A stretch of DNA of 64,000 nucleotides. It comes from a virus. The first letter of the stretch is position 1. Every line of letters begins with the position of its first letter. Positions 17,125-27,645 of the stretch are shown in pieces. A program made the translations under genes and the position numbers. The stretch lies in the IMG/VR virus record IMGVR_UViG_3300010311_000130; one strand, given 5' to 3'. The notes beneath the pieces were generated by a model. That model was not told the origin of the DNA. It did no database searches and saw nothing but the letters and a program-made list of their open reading frames with translations.

Positions 17125-19044
17125 TTATATTGGCTTGTCTGGATGTGTGCTTGACTTGTAATCTACCTTTATATCGGATATGTCGCACAACTCTACCCAA
17201 CTAAATGAAAATGTCGTGGGTATTTCCTTGATACTCTCACTGTATGTTGTAGTCGGGTTATCTACTACTCCGACCACAAGTACATCGCCCTTTTGCGTTT
17301 TAAGCATATAGATAGCTTGGCGAGAAACAAATTGTCTCCACGCTCTTACCAAATCAATAGTGTCAGTGTATTTTTTAGTTGTGCAGTCAACATAGCCATT
17401 CATCGCAGAGATTGTTCCAGATAAATAGCAGGTCTTTGTGGATGTAATTTGCGGATATGTGCCATAACCGACATGGGCATATTTGCCCATATTCTGTGTG
17501 ATTGTGGTATCTTGTATGTCGCCCACGAACTTCCACTGGTCGCCTATATAATATCTTTTTCTTGTACCCCATTGATATGCTTCATCATATGGCAACAGCT
17601 CTGTAATTGAACATCCTCTCATCTGAGTGCCGTCTAAAGTTATCTCGTCGGAACTAATACCCTTGACATATCTAATAGTTCCACCCGCATAGAGCCATCG
17701 CAATATCTCATAATACTTAAAATGACCTCTTGTTGGTACTGTTGCATCCGTTACCGATTCAAGCAATCTGATTTCGCCAGTGTCAAGATTTTCCCTGTAG
17801 TATGTGCACTTAGTTCCTTCTGGGAGTGAACCGCCATCGACTATACCGCCAGTTATCTCTACAATATGTTTAAGATTGTGGGTTCTAAGCTGAATTGCAG
17901 CATCTACGCTCTTGGGATAATAAACATCAGGGGCTTCTGTATCTATCGGAGTGACAGCTTGAATCCATGTTTGCGGAACGTCTGTTGTATCATCATAATC
18001 AAAAATTGGACTGCTATAAGCTGTTATTGTTTTACCGTTAGCTGTTACGACTTCTGCAACAGCCCTATACGCAATAACTCCCATCTCCTCAGCCGAAACT
18101 TCTTCGATTTCACCGCGGACTATTCTTTTATATTTTAATATAAAATCGTCAAAGAAATCATATTCGATCTTTTGTGAATAGATTTTCTCTGTCTCGTCCA
18201 AGTCTCTCCATGGTACTAAGTTGTCTTGCAAATCCCAATTCCATTGAAGCTTTAACCGGTAATAGTTTATGAGAGAACCTTCCGACTGCGAGTAAGTGCC
18301 TGTTACATGGAACTTGATTCCCATATCACCAACCGTTCCCACATCAGAAAAGTCTATATTTAAATCAACACTCGGAGTTGAGCGACACTGAAAGTAATAA
18401 GGCTGGGTAACGATGTAATTTGCGTATATTTGATACTTGTCTCCCGCAGATATCGGGTTAGTAAAAGGAGTATTCGGGTCTATCATCAAATGACCATTTG
18501 TTGGATTGTAGGCGACAATCTCTCTTTTTTCTCCGTTAATGACAATTTGCATTATTCCAGCATTGCCACCCCACTCAGAAGGAGAAGGACGACGAGCGCC
18601 ATCAGTTGAAAATGTGTCCCACTCATAAATATTTGGAATGTTGGTTTTTACAACAACATAATCAGTGGTGGAATCATAATCTTCTTGAACATTGCCTCTT
18701 AAAGCAAACATATCGAATAACGGTGCTGAGCCGTCCTGTGTAAATTGAACAAATTGAAGTTGAAACACGTAGTTTCCACCATTTGCCAATGGGTTGTGCT
18801 CTGCATAACCAAAAAGCCCAGCGTCACTCTCTATATCATCGCCATTAAAACCTTGAGGTCTACGGCATTGAAGAAGCATTTCACCGTTTTTGATAAACTC
18901 GCCAGTGTCATAATTGTAAATCTTATAAAGTACGCCTGTATAATAGTCGCCGTTAAAGGTGAACTTGATCTTGTTGTCATCGTTTTGCAACAGCGCATCA
19001 AAAGTCGCACCGTCGGGATAAACATTTGTTGGATATTGGAGCAT
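17125..19044 (-). CDS. Distal tail protein-like, with Ig/FN3-like segments
   Basis: First gene after the tape measure; C-terminal GSISA...LKTQKGDV...FSWVE region resembles Dit-like C-termini. Confidence 0.6.
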   Translation of the reverse strand: MLQYPTNVYPDGATFDALLQNDDNKIKFTFNGDYYTGVLYKIYNYDTGEFIKNGEMLLQCRRPQGFNGDDIESDAGLFGYAEHNPLANGGNYVFQLQFVQFTQDGSAPLFDMFALRGNVQEDYDSTTDYVVVKTNIPNIYEWDTFSTDGARRPSPSEWGGNAGIMQIVINGEKREIVAYNPTNGHLMIDPNTPFTNPISAGDKYQIYANYIVTQPYYFQCRSTPSVDLNIDFSDVGTVGDMGIKFHVTGTYSQSEGSLINYYRLKLQWNWDLQDNLVPWRDLDETEKIYSQKIEYDFFDDFILKYKRIVRGEIEEVSAEEMGVIAYRAVAEVVTANGKTITAYSSPIFDYDDTTDVPQTWIQAVTPIDTEAPDVYYPKSVDAAIQLRTHNLKHIVEITGGIVDGGSLPEGTKCTYYRENLDTGEIRLLESVTDATVPTRGHFKYYEILRWLYAGGTIRYVKGISSDEITLDGTQMRGCSITELLPYDEAYQWGTRKRYYIGDQWKFVGDIQDTTITQNMGKYAHVGYGTYPQITSTKTCYLSGTISAMNGYVDCTTKKYTDTIDLVRAWRQFVSRQAIYMLKTQKGDVLVVGVVDNPTTTYSESIKEIPTTFSFSWVELCDISDIKVDYKSSTHPDKPI

Positions 19045-19071
19045 TTATTCACCTACTTTCCTTATAAAAAT

Positions 19072-19133
19072 CTCCCCTACAAATTTTTTTGGCAAATGAA
19101 CTGAGTTCCAAACCCAGAAAAAATGTAGGGGAG
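19072..19133. other. Long imperfect intergenic hairpin after the tape-measure gene
   Basis: CTCCCCTACA/TGTAGGGGAG closing stem plus TTTTTTGG/CCAGAAAAAA and GAAC/GTTC inner stems. Confidence 0.55.
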
Positions 19134-19139
19134 TGCGTA

Positions 19140-22100
19140 TTACTGAACGTAACTCTCTGTGAGTTTGCGTCTAAAGTATTGGTCAAGTTCTCTGTCAAGA
19201 CCTCGTGTAAACTCTTGCGGATTATTTGCCACAATTTGTCCGATTGAAACGCTAACACTATTTGTGTTATTGTTGTTATTAACAGGACTGAAGCCAGCTA
19301 TCTTATTAGCTTGTTTTGCAACATCGGCAAGCAAATTCGGAGTGCCATGAATCATATCATACAGCTTTTTGCTATCACTTGCGTTAAAGATGACTTCGCC
19401 CTTCTGCTTAGTTCCGTGAAGCATAGCAATGCCTGTAGAAGTATTAACGCCTCCGTCAGCATAACCTGCAAGGCGAGCGTCCCATGCACTGTTTACAATA
19501 CCAAAACCAGTTGGGCTTTCACGAAGCCTGTTTTGCAATTTTTCTGCTGCATCACCAATTTCGGAATACCACCGAATAATCTTGTTGTGATTCTCCCAAG
19601 TGACATTTTCTGTATCTTTCATCCACTGTTGCATCTTTACCGCATTGTTGTATGCGCTATTCTCCATCTCGTTAGATGCACTTATGATTCCTGCCTTAGC
19701 ATCATTCATTCGGTCTTTGGCATCCTCAACAGATTTCGCCATTGCTCCATTATAACTAATTATCTTACTGTTCTTATCCTGAGTTTCACGTTCCACCACG
19801 CCCAACGCATTTGCAATCTCCGTTTTAGCATGATTCATTCGGTCTTTGGCATACTCAATAGATTTCGCCATTGCTCCATTATGACTAATTATCTTACTGT
19901 TCTTATCCTGAGTTTCACGTTCCACCACGCCCAACGCATTTGCAATCTCCGTTTTAGCATGATTCATTCGGTCTTTGGCATACTCAACAGATTTCGCCAT
20001 TGCTTTATTATAACTAATTATCTTACTGTTCTTATCCTGAGTTTCACGTTCCACCACGCCCAACGCATTTGTAATCTCCGTTTTAGCATCATTCATGGAG
20101 TTCTTGTAATTTTCAAGGGCTGTTTTTGCCTCGTTAAGACTCTTCTCCACAGACTTCTTGTACTTGTTATATGCAGCTATTTCGTCGTCAATCTTTTTGA
20201 TTTCCTCATCCTTAGCATCAATCGAAGCCTGTAAAGTTGCAATCTCGTTGTTGGTAAGATTGTTGAGCTGTTCATTGAAGCTTGTGTACTGCGCCCTATA
20301 ATTGGTAAGCAGACTTTCATCTTTTTGCTTAATCTTTTCACGCCAATCAGAGCCGAGTATTTGTGCTGCAAGCAATTCGTTTTCAGCAATCTTAATGTCG
20401 TTAGAAATGCTTGTGTACTTTGAAGCGTAATCCTCATACTCTTTAATCTGAGTCTCGTATTCCTTCTTGCGGTCATCGTAACCAGCAAGTTTGGCATCAC
20501 GCTCATTCTCCAACATTTTTATCTGCTCATTGTTCGCTATCTTTGCAAGTTCATTCTGAGCCTTTAAAATGTCAGCCTTGGATGCCTCGTAGTCCCAACC
20601 ACGGTCGGATGAGTAAACCCTCTTTTTCTGATTCTGAGCATTTGCGAGATTTGCAAGTGCTTCTTCTTTTTCAATAGCGTCGTCACGTTCTTCGTTCTGC
20701 TCTTTAAGTGCGTCAAGCTGTTCCTCGTAGTAATCCTCAATTGACTTGCGTTCTTCTTCGAGGGCATCTATCTGCGCCTGTATACCATCAACTTGCGCTT
20801 TTACAAGCTCATCAACTGCTTCACCAACTCTATCATAAGTGGCGAGAGTATCCTCAATGGTTTTCTTTTGCTCGTTGAGAGCGTCGAGCTGATCTTGTAG
20901 TATACTCTTTTCATCTTGCAGAACTTCCTTGCGGTCGTTGAGAGAATCGATTGTGTTGTCAATTGCATCTACTTCTGCTTCAAACTGCTTGACTGCATTG
21001 TTGAGGTCTGTTTCTACGGCAAGAGACACTGTTCTTGCTTCACCAAGATTTTGAGATAATTCATCTATGAGAAGATTGTTTCTGCTCCATAAATCTCCTA
21101 AGCGTTTGATGGTGCTCTCTGTTTCTGAAATCGCAATCTTCAATATGTTTATATTTTGTATTTCTTTTTGAGTAGCCAAACCTTGAGATGCCTTCAAATT
21201 CAACATTTTCATTGCGAGTTTCAGTTCTTCTTTTTGTCCTTCCAATCTCGCCAATTGAGTTTGTTGATCTTGCTTATATTGCTCATTAGAAGCTTTTAAA
21301 TCTTCTATTGATGCCTTTATTTTAGCATCCTTGAATTTCAAAAGCTCTTTTTGAGAAAGATAATACTCGCCATTCACTAATTTTATGGACTGTAAATATC
21401 CATCAGTGTCAGCCTTTAATAATTTCCACGCCTCAGAATGAGATAGACCTTCACCGTCAGCCAATTTAGAAAGAGCATCTTGTACGCCAGTGACTACTTC
21501 AGAAACTTCTTTAAACGATTCTTCAAGGGTTGTATTAAATTGCTCTACAAATTTTTTCAGATTGTCACCGTTCTCAGCTACACCCTGCTTAAAAGCACCA
21601 AACAAATCAGTAACCTTCTGTTTTGAGGATTCACTATCGCCAGCCATTTTATACAATTCACGCTCAAGATTTTGAACATCATGATAAAGAGTGTCATATT
21701 CACTTATAGTAAGTCCGTCGGGCGTAGCTAATTGACGAAGTTTCTCTTGTGCTTCATCAAGCTTATCATAAAATGGCTGCATAGATATATCTGATGCAAA
21801 TTGATTAACCTCATCAGCAACCCCATCAAACATCCCAGTAAAGAGAGGTTTTGTTTCTATATTTTCTATGTATGGAGCAACTTCCTTTATTTCATTAAGC
21901 GCATCGTTAAGTTCCTTATATCTTTGCGTTAATTTTGAAAGAGTTTCACTATCAACGTCGCTGAGTTTGCTGTAATTATCAATAATTTGTTTTAATTGAT
22001 TTCGTGCATCTTCAAGAGTTCCACTAAGATATATTCCTTTAGCGTCGAAAGTGCCTTGCAAACTTGCGTAAGCTCCATCAATCGTAGTTGTCAGTCTCGC

Positions 22101-25100
22101 AACTCTTTCGTCTATATCACGAATAGTAAATAAGGCTCTTTCACCCTTTTTATCATCGTCACGGCTATATCTAACATATCCGTTTTCTGCAGCACTTGCC
22201 TGAGCTTCATAAATATCGTCAACTCGTAAATTGGCTAAACGTCTTGCTCTTGCAATTTTGTCAGCATTTTCAAGTTCATACTGTTTACGTTGTTCTTCCT
22301 CTAATTTCTGTAATTGCCTGATTTGGTCGGAGTATTTGCCATTAACAAGGTCAATTCCATTTGCTTCTTCTTTGAATTTGTCCGTGAGTTGTCCTTGCAA
22401 TTCCAACAGTTGTGTCTTTCTTTCATTCACATCTCCAACCGTAGTTGCAATTTTTGAATAGCTTTGCGCTATATTCTCTATATCAGCTTGCGACTTTTCA
22501 AGTTCTTCTGTTGCTTTTGCTAAATCACCAACTGCACTTGTTGCTTCCCTTATAGATTCTTCTGTTTCAGCAGCAGTTACAATAAGCTTATCGGCTAAAT
22601 ACGAAATACCAGCAATTATTGCCCCAATCGCAAGACCCGACAAGGCACCTCCCAAGACTTTGACTGCTGTGCTTAATGCACCTGTTGCGGTTATAGCGCC
22701 AGCCTCAGCCGCAATCAAGCCTTTGAAACCATTTATAATGGCGGTAAATATATTGGTTCTTGTTTTAGCACCAAAGTACATTAACAGAGGGGTCAGAACA
22801 ACAACCAAACTACCAACCTTATCCGTAGCTGTAGTGAGAAGCTGAATAAATTGAGTTCCGAATTTTACTAAACCTTTAAGAAAATCGGAATTAATAAAAG
22901 CGTTTGAAAACTCTTGGAAAGCACCCTTAAATGCATCAAGCTGGGCTTGAATACCCTGCATCATTCTATTATATTCTTCGGTTGCTGTTCCAGCAGCGCT
23001 CTGAGCATCCTCAAAGGCAGATTGGATTTGCCCAGACTGAAATGCCTGTATGAGAGCAGAACCAACATTAGCTCTATTCTTACCAGCAATTATTTCCAAC
23101 AATGAGCTGCGGCTTTGAGAATTAAGAGAATCCCACACCTTTGCGATATCTTCTAATATCTGATAAGTGTTTCTAAATTCTCCTGTATTTTGATCTATGA
23201 TATCAACTTGGTTATGCGTAAGATTAAGAATTTGGGTTTGAACCTTGCTAACCTCCATAAGATCATCTACTGGTTCTCCCAATTCTTCTAATTTACCCTT
23301 CATGTTTTGCAACCTCAAAGAAATTATGCGAAGGGCATTTCCCGTATTTTCAAGATTCTGAGTTATTTCACCAGCACCCGTTAGCATAGCCAAAGTTTCT
23401 TCAAGAGTATTTCCAGTCATTGCCATAGCCGAAGCAGAACGTTCAAGACCCTGACCTAAACCAGATGCACTTACAGCATATTCGTTATTCAATTTATCGA
23501 GTTTATCAACTACATCCATAGTTTGACTTGCCCTAAGTCTAAACGCCTTTAAAGACGTAACAAGATTGCTCAAAGCTTGATCCTGTCCAACGTCAGCAAC
23601 TCGTATAAAGATTGTAGATGCCTTAGACAGCTCTAATGCCTCGTTCATTTCATAGCCAAGTTTGCTCCACTGGTAGCTCATTTCCACAAGACTTGCTGTT
23701 GTGGTTTTCATCTGTCGTGCCAGTTTATTGGCATCTTCTAAAAACCTTTGATAACCAGCATCGGTTTCATTCGTAACTCTCCGCAAGTTAGTCATAGCAT
23801 TGTCAAGTTCTTTGACATTATCTATCATTTTGCGGATATAGCCGATTACAGCATACAAAGATATCCAACGCTGAAGAACCATACGAAGCTGAGACTGCAT
23901 ACTCTGAAAGAAACGACTAACTGTCAACCCAGCCGCATCTGCCTCGCCACGGAATACACGAAATTCATCAGATAATCGTCTTAAATCTTCTGCACTCAAA
24001 TTGCCACTATGAATAGCAGCCGTCAATTCTTGCCATTTTGCTACAAAAGTAGTCTCGCCATCACGCATAAGTCGCAGAGATTCTGTAGCTTTGCGATTAG
24101 TATTGGCAAAGATATCCATTTGATTTGTAAGTTTGCTTATGTTTGCATTAAGCTTTGCAACAGATGATTCATCTCTTAAACTTTGATCTAAAGCTTCACT
24201 ATTAAACTTAGCATCTCTCAAAGAGCCACCAAGTTCATTCATCCTTGCGGTTATTCTTGCGATATTCTCAGGCGACTTATCATTTGCCAAAGACTCTTGC
24301 AAGCCACGCAACTGATTAATCAAATCCGCATTTAATCCAGTTTGGCTTACAACAGTAGGATTGCTTGCGTTATTTTTGGCAACAGTGCTATTGTTGAACT
24401 TTTCAAGAGATTTAATGTTGTCGTTTATTAGCTTGTTGACATCTTGCAGATTTTGTTTTTTCGCCTTTTCTGCTTCAACTTCTTCTCTGTGAGCCTGTGT
24501 TGCATCTCGTCTTGACTTAGCAATTAATTCAATCTCTTTGGCTATTGCCTCATAATTCTGAATTTCCTGCTTTAATACGTCATCAAGAAGCCCTTCTGAT
24601 TCAAGGCGTTGCTTGATTTGCTCGATAAGAGCATATTGATTGCCACGATGAGCACCTGCAAGCCCTTTCTCAACGTCAGTCGCAGAAGTAGAGTAAAGAG
24701 TTTTTGTGTACTGATTAATCTCTTTGTACGCAGAAGCAACCTCTCTTAATGCATCAGCTTGCTTTTTGGTGGCAGACGAAGCATCTTGCTGTTCAAGTTT
24801 CTTTGCTAATTTAACATCTTCTGTTGCTTGTTTGATTGCAACACTCAATTCTTGATATTGCTTTATCCAGTTTTCGGTGTAACCCTCATTTTTCTGAATG
24901 TTCTGCAAATTAACAAGTTTTTGTTCTGCGTCTGCAAGAGAACTGAACAGTTTGTCACCCTTAGTAACTGTGCTAAGATTCTCAAATTCAACTTCTAAAG
25001 CCTTTAAGTCGTTAGCAAAGTTTCTTGCTTTAATAGTAGCATTAGTAAACTGATTGAGCGACGAATCGCCACCACGCAACAGAGAACCTAAATTTGATAC

Positions 25101-25919
25101 CGTTCCATCGAGAGCGACAAACTCAGCACGAAGCTCCTCAATACTACCTTTGCCACTTTTCAGTTCTGCTAACTTCTTTTCAAAACTGTCAAATGTGACA
25201 ATTGTTTTGTTGATATCCTCACCAATGGTTGCAGATATATTAGGAGCGAAATTCTCTCCGACTTTTGCCTTTAAAGAATTGAGCTTTGATGTATACTGAT
25301 CTACAAACTTAGTTATTTCTTCGGTTTGCTTGCGAATACCGTCATTATCAAACTTGCCACTAATAAATCTAAAGAGATCATTATCCCCAAGTTCAAAGGT
25401 TAGAGTTCTTAATTCTCCATAAGCTGATTTAACAGTGGCAACCATTTTTTCAAGCTTATTTACACCGTTAGTGTCACCGTAAAAACCCTGAACAGAAACT
25501 TCGCCCAAATCAGATAATTGAGCTTTTAATTTCCGCATGGTTTCTTCAGCTTTAACAAATCCCTCTGTATCTATTACAGCCTTTAGTGGATTAGAATACT
25601 TAGCATCCAAATCCGCAAGACTATTTACTAACTGTTGAACCCTTTGATTAGCGCCATTAACTGTATCAGCAGTTTGCCTTATCGAATTATTTAATCCTTC
25701 AAGATTTGTGTTACCTACATTAAAGGTAACGCCTTGCGACAATTTGCCAAGCTGTGATTGTATTGTTTTTAAAGAATCACTATTTATAGTACAACCAATT
25801 TTTAATCCGCCAGCGTTATTGAATGTATCTTGTATCTTTTTCAAGTCTCCAATTATAGACGCTTCTGAAACTTTATAATTGAGACTCGCCACTATTTCTA
25901 TTCTGTTGTCATCTGCCAT
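19140..25919 (-). CDS. Tail tape measure protein (TP901-like core)
   Basis: 2259 aa helical protein; core ELDNAMTNLRRVT...LDKLNNEYAVS...GNALRIISLRL; C-terminal GYADGG...LHGT...EVIFN. Confidence 0.93.
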   Translation of the reverse strand: MADDNRIEIVASLNYKVSEASIIGDLKKIQDTFNNAGGLKIGCTINSDSLKTIQSQLGKLSQGVTFNVGNTNLEGLNNSIRQTADTVNGANQRVQQLVNSLADLDAKYSNPLKAVIDTEGFVKAEETMRKLKAQLSDLGEVSVQGFYGDTNGVNKLEKMVATVKSAYGELRTLTFELGDNDLFRFISGKFDNDGIRKQTEEITKFVDQYTSKLNSLKAKVGENFAPNISATIGEDINKTIVTFDSFEKKLAELKSGKGSIEELRAEFVALDGTVSNLGSLLRGGDSSLNQFTNATIKARNFANDLKALEVEFENLSTVTKGDKLFSSLADAEQKLVNLQNIQKNEGYTENWIKQYQELSVAIKQATEDVKLAKKLEQQDASSATKKQADALREVASAYKEINQYTKTLYSTSATDVEKGLAGAHRGNQYALIEQIKQRLESEGLLDDVLKQEIQNYEAIAKEIELIAKSRRDATQAHREEVEAEKAKKQNLQDVNKLINDNIKSLEKFNNSTVAKNNASNPTVVSQTGLNADLINQLRGLQESLANDKSPENIARITARMNELGGSLRDAKFNSEALDQSLRDESSVAKLNANISKLTNQMDIFANTNRKATESLRLMRDGETTFVAKWQELTAAIHSGNLSAEDLRRLSDEFRVFRGEADAAGLTVSRFFQSMQSQLRMVLQRWISLYAVIGYIRKMIDNVKELDNAMTNLRRVTNETDAGYQRFLEDANKLARQMKTTTASLVEMSYQWSKLGYEMNEALELSKASTIFIRVADVGQDQALSNLVTSLKAFRLRASQTMDVVDKLDKLNNEYAVSASGLGQGLERSASAMAMTGNTLEETLAMLTGAGEITQNLENTGNALRIISLRLQNMKGKLEELGEPVDDLMEVSKVQTQILNLTHNQVDIIDQNTGEFRNTYQILEDIAKVWDSLNSQSRSSLLEIIAGKNRANVGSALIQAFQSGQIQSAFEDAQSAAGTATEEYNRMMQGIQAQLDAFKGAFQEFSNAFINSDFLKGLVKFGTQFIQLLTTATDKVGSLVVVLTPLLMYFGAKTRTNIFTAIINGFKGLIAAEAGAITATGALSTAVKVLGGALSGLAIGAIIAGISYLADKLIVTAAETEESIREATSAVGDLAKATEELEKSQADIENIAQSYSKIATTVGDVNERKTQLLELQGQLTDKFKEEANGIDLVNGKYSDQIRQLQKLEEEQRKQYELENADKIARARRLANLRVDDIYEAQASAAENGYVRYSRDDDKKGERALFTIRDIDERVARLTTTIDGAYASLQGTFDAKGIYLSGTLEDARNQLKQIIDNYSKLSDVDSETLSKLTQRYKELNDALNEIKEVAPYIENIETKPLFTGMFDGVADEVNQFASDISMQPFYDKLDEAQEKLRQLATPDGLTISEYDTLYHDVQNLERELYKMAGDSESSKQKVTDLFGAFKQGVAENGDNLKKFVEQFNTTLEESFKEVSEVVTGVQDALSKLADGEGLSHSEAWKLLKADTDGYLQSIKLVNGEYYLSQKELLKFKDAKIKASIEDLKASNEQYKQDQQTQLARLEGQKEELKLAMKMLNLKASQGLATQKEIQNINILKIAISETESTIKRLGDLWSRNNLLIDELSQNLGEARTVSLAVETDLNNAVKQFEAEVDAIDNTIDSLNDRKEVLQDEKSILQDQLDALNEQKKTIEDTLATYDRVGEAVDELVKAQVDGIQAQIDALEEERKSIEDYYEEQLDALKEQNEERDDAIEKEEALANLANAQNQKKRVYSSDRGWDYEASKADILKAQNELAKIANNEQIKMLENERDAKLAGYDDRKKEYETQIKEYEDYASKYTSISNDIKIAENELLAAQILGSDWREKIKQKDESLLTNYRAQYTSFNEQLNNLTNNEIATLQASIDAKDEEIKKIDDEIAAYNKYKKSVEKSLNEAKTALENYKNSMNDAKTEITNALGVVERETQDKNSKIISYNKAMAKSVEYAKDRMNHAKTEIANALGVVERETQDKNSKIISHNGAMAKSIEYAKDRMNHAKTEIANALGVVERETQDKNSKIISYNGAMAKSVEDAKDRMNDAKAGIISASNEMENSAYNNAVKMQQWMKDTENVTWENHNKIIRWYSEIGDAAEKLQNRLRESPTGFGIVNSAWDARLAGYADGGVNTSTGIAMLHGTKQKGEVIFNASDSKKLYDMIHGTPNLLADVAKQANKIAGFSPVNNNNNTNSVSVSIGQIVANNPQEFTRGLDRELDQYFRRKLTESYVQ
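19696..20096 (-). repeat. In-frame 129-bp tandem repeat (about 3.1 copies, 43-aa unit) in the tape measure gene
   Basis: TTAGCAT.ATTCAT recurs at 19696, 19825, 19954 and 20083; unit MNDAKTEITNALGVVERETQDKNSKIISYNKAMAKSVEYAKDR. Confidence 0.93.
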
Positions 25920-25938
25920 TCATTCTCACCACACTTCC

Positions 25939-26430
25939 TTAATACCAACTTGTATTATCTATAATCGGAGCATTAATTATTAAACCCCACTTATTATTCT
26001 TATTAAAATTGTCGATTCCTTTGGTTATGTAATCATAACCGTCAAATCTCCTAAATCTATCTTCTTCGCCATTATAATCTTTCCACTTCCAACCATTTAG
26101 CATTAAAATGTTGACTGGACTTTTATGTGTCTTATTGAAGTTCCATGCCCATACATTAGAACTAAATTTAAGAGATATTTGAATAGAATTGCCCACGATA
26201 CGAGCATCTAAAAAATCTTCTACATACAAGGCAGAGCGCAACCCATCATGGTAAGGTCTGCGTTCATATATTTTAGGGGTGTAACTTTCGTACATATTGT
26301 CAATTTCTCTTTGTATACACATATAAAGGTAGTCCACAGCCTCCATTAAGGTTTGTTCAATAGTTATACCCGTTGATGTTTTGCCTTTTTTTGCAGCTAT
26401 CCGCATTAATTGTTCTTTAATCGAAGCCAT
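25939..26430 (-). CDS. Hypothetical tail-morphogenesis protein
   Basis: Start moved to ATG 26430 behind AAAGGTGG; directly upstream of the tape measure. Confidence 0.65.
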   Translation of the reverse strand: MASIKEQLMRIAAKKGKTSTGITIEQTLMEAVDYLYMCIQREIDNMYESYTPKIYERRPYHDGLRSALYVEDFLDARIVGNSIQISLKFSSNVWAWNFNKTHKSPVNILMLNGWKWKDYNGEEDRFRRFDGYDYITKGIDNFNKNNKWGLIINAPIIDNTSWY

Positions 26431-26454
26431 GTTTTCACCACCTTTCAAAAATAC

Positions 26455-26483
26455 TTGACAAATTTGTTTTCTTGTGATATAAT
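26455..26483 (+). promoter_or_regulatory. Consensus sigmaA promoter antisense to the tail operon
   Basis: TTGACA (26455-26460), 17 nt, TATAAT (26478-26483) with extended TG; no + strand gene follows. Confidence 0.7.
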
Positions 26484-26507
26484 ACAATGGGGATGCCTTA
26501 GAAACTC

Positions 26508-27023
26508 TTACTTGTTTACAATAGTCTCAACCACAGCCTTATCATCAAGGTTTGTGAGTTTTTCAGCGATCTCATCAAGCGACTTTGTGTCACCCATTTT
26601 CTCTGCAAATGCGGAGAGGGTTTCACACAGGTCATCGAATGAGGTCTTGCGAGTGAGTAACTTATAGTTGATGATTTCGTCCACAGACTGCTCAAGTTCT
26701 GCCCATACCGGGAGTTTATTCACCTCGTTGATAATAGTGTTGTACCATGCGCCAGACTGCGTAACCTTAAATACTTCACTTGTGTCCATCTCGCCCAAGT
26801 CGAGGTCTGTCATGTACTTCAGCACAACATAGCGACGAGCTATCTCACGGTATTCGGGACGATATGTGCCCGTCTCGTCAAACGAAGAATTTGCAATTGT
26901 ATTGGCTATTTCAGCGTAAGTGTCTGCACTGAGATAGCCTTTTACTGTTACTGCCACTTTGCCAAGTCGCACCGTCTTATTGACGAGTGGGTTCTTGTCA
27001 GTGATTTCAATAATGTTTGCCAT
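26508..27023 (-). CDS. Putative tail assembly chaperone
   Basis: AAGGAG RBS; acidic helical protein in the chaperone position between major tail protein and tape measure. Confidence 0.55.
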   Translation of the reverse strand: MANIIEITDKNPLVNKTVRLGKVAVTVKGYLSADTYAEIANTIANSSFDETGTYRPEYREIARRYVVLKYMTDLDLGEMDTSEVFKVTQSGAWYNTIINEVNKLPVWAELEQSVDEIINYKLLTRKTSFDDLCETLSAFAEKMGDTKSLDEIAEKLTNLDDKAVVETIVNK

Positions 27024-27088
27024 AATTAAATCTCCTTTATAATTAGAATTGCGACTTTCGTGCTTATGCCCGTAATGATATAGGCACG

Positions 27089-27634
27089 TTAGTCGATTTG
27101 AGATTCGACTGCATATCGCCCAATGGCAATAGCGTCGGATATATCATCTATCTTTATATCAAGATTGTAATAATCATTTACTTTCTGTTTTATATCTTCC
27201 TTGCGTTCTGCTCGTTTCACGCCCCTGCCATATTTACCCCATGCCGTTATCCATTTCGATTCCGCTACAATGGTATATTTGATGTTGTGTTTGTGGGCAA
27301 TGTGAGCTATGAAGCCTTGAAGTCTCGCAAGTGACCTGAAGCCCTTCGGATTTGCATTTTCAAATATTTCTTCAAACCATATCTCGTCAGGCTTGAATTG
27401 TTCAATCAACTTTTCAAGCTGATCTGTTATCGCTGTTATGCGGAGTAGGGTAGTGCCATACTCAGATTCGGGCATAATAATACTGATAAGATGGAGTTCT
27501 TCTTCCACCCACAACTCATCAGCCCGTTTACTCATTTTGGGTTTTATTAGGCAATAATCTTCAAGATTGCCATTAATAAAAAAGCCGACTCCTGTTGCGG
27601 AAGTTGACTGATCTATCGACATACATTTTTTCAT
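27089..27634 (-). CDS. RuvC-like Holliday junction resolvase
   Basis: SIDQSTSATG, IWFEEIF and DDISDAIAIG RuvC motifs; start ATG 27634 behind GGAGG. Confidence 0.85.
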   Translation of the reverse strand: MKKCMSIDQSTSATGVGFFINGNLEDYCLIKPKMSKRADELWVEEELHLISIIMPESEYGTTLLRITAITDQLEKLIEQFKPDEIWFEEIFENANPKGFRSLARLQGFIAHIAHKHNIKYTIVAESKWITAWGKYGRGVKRAERKEDIKQKVNDYYNLDIKIDDISDAIAIGRYAVESQID

Positions 27635-27645
27635 AATTCCTCCTA

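Noticed and set aside
9851-19044. Additional DGR variable repeats in other tail genes
   Set aside because: No second match to the TR anchors (TGGCTGCGTAC, GGTTCGGCGGCGG) was seen in this window; remote targets outside it cannot be excluded.
19696-20096. CRISPR-like array
   Set aside because: Copies are contiguous, in frame and lack unique spacers; no CRISPR array was seen anywhere in the window.
19311-20234. 307-aa + strand ORF and similar antisense ORFs (e.g. 9964-10485, 14638-15069, 33692-34138)
   Set aside because: Shadow frames of well-supported minus-strand genes, with no RBS and no recognisable motifs.
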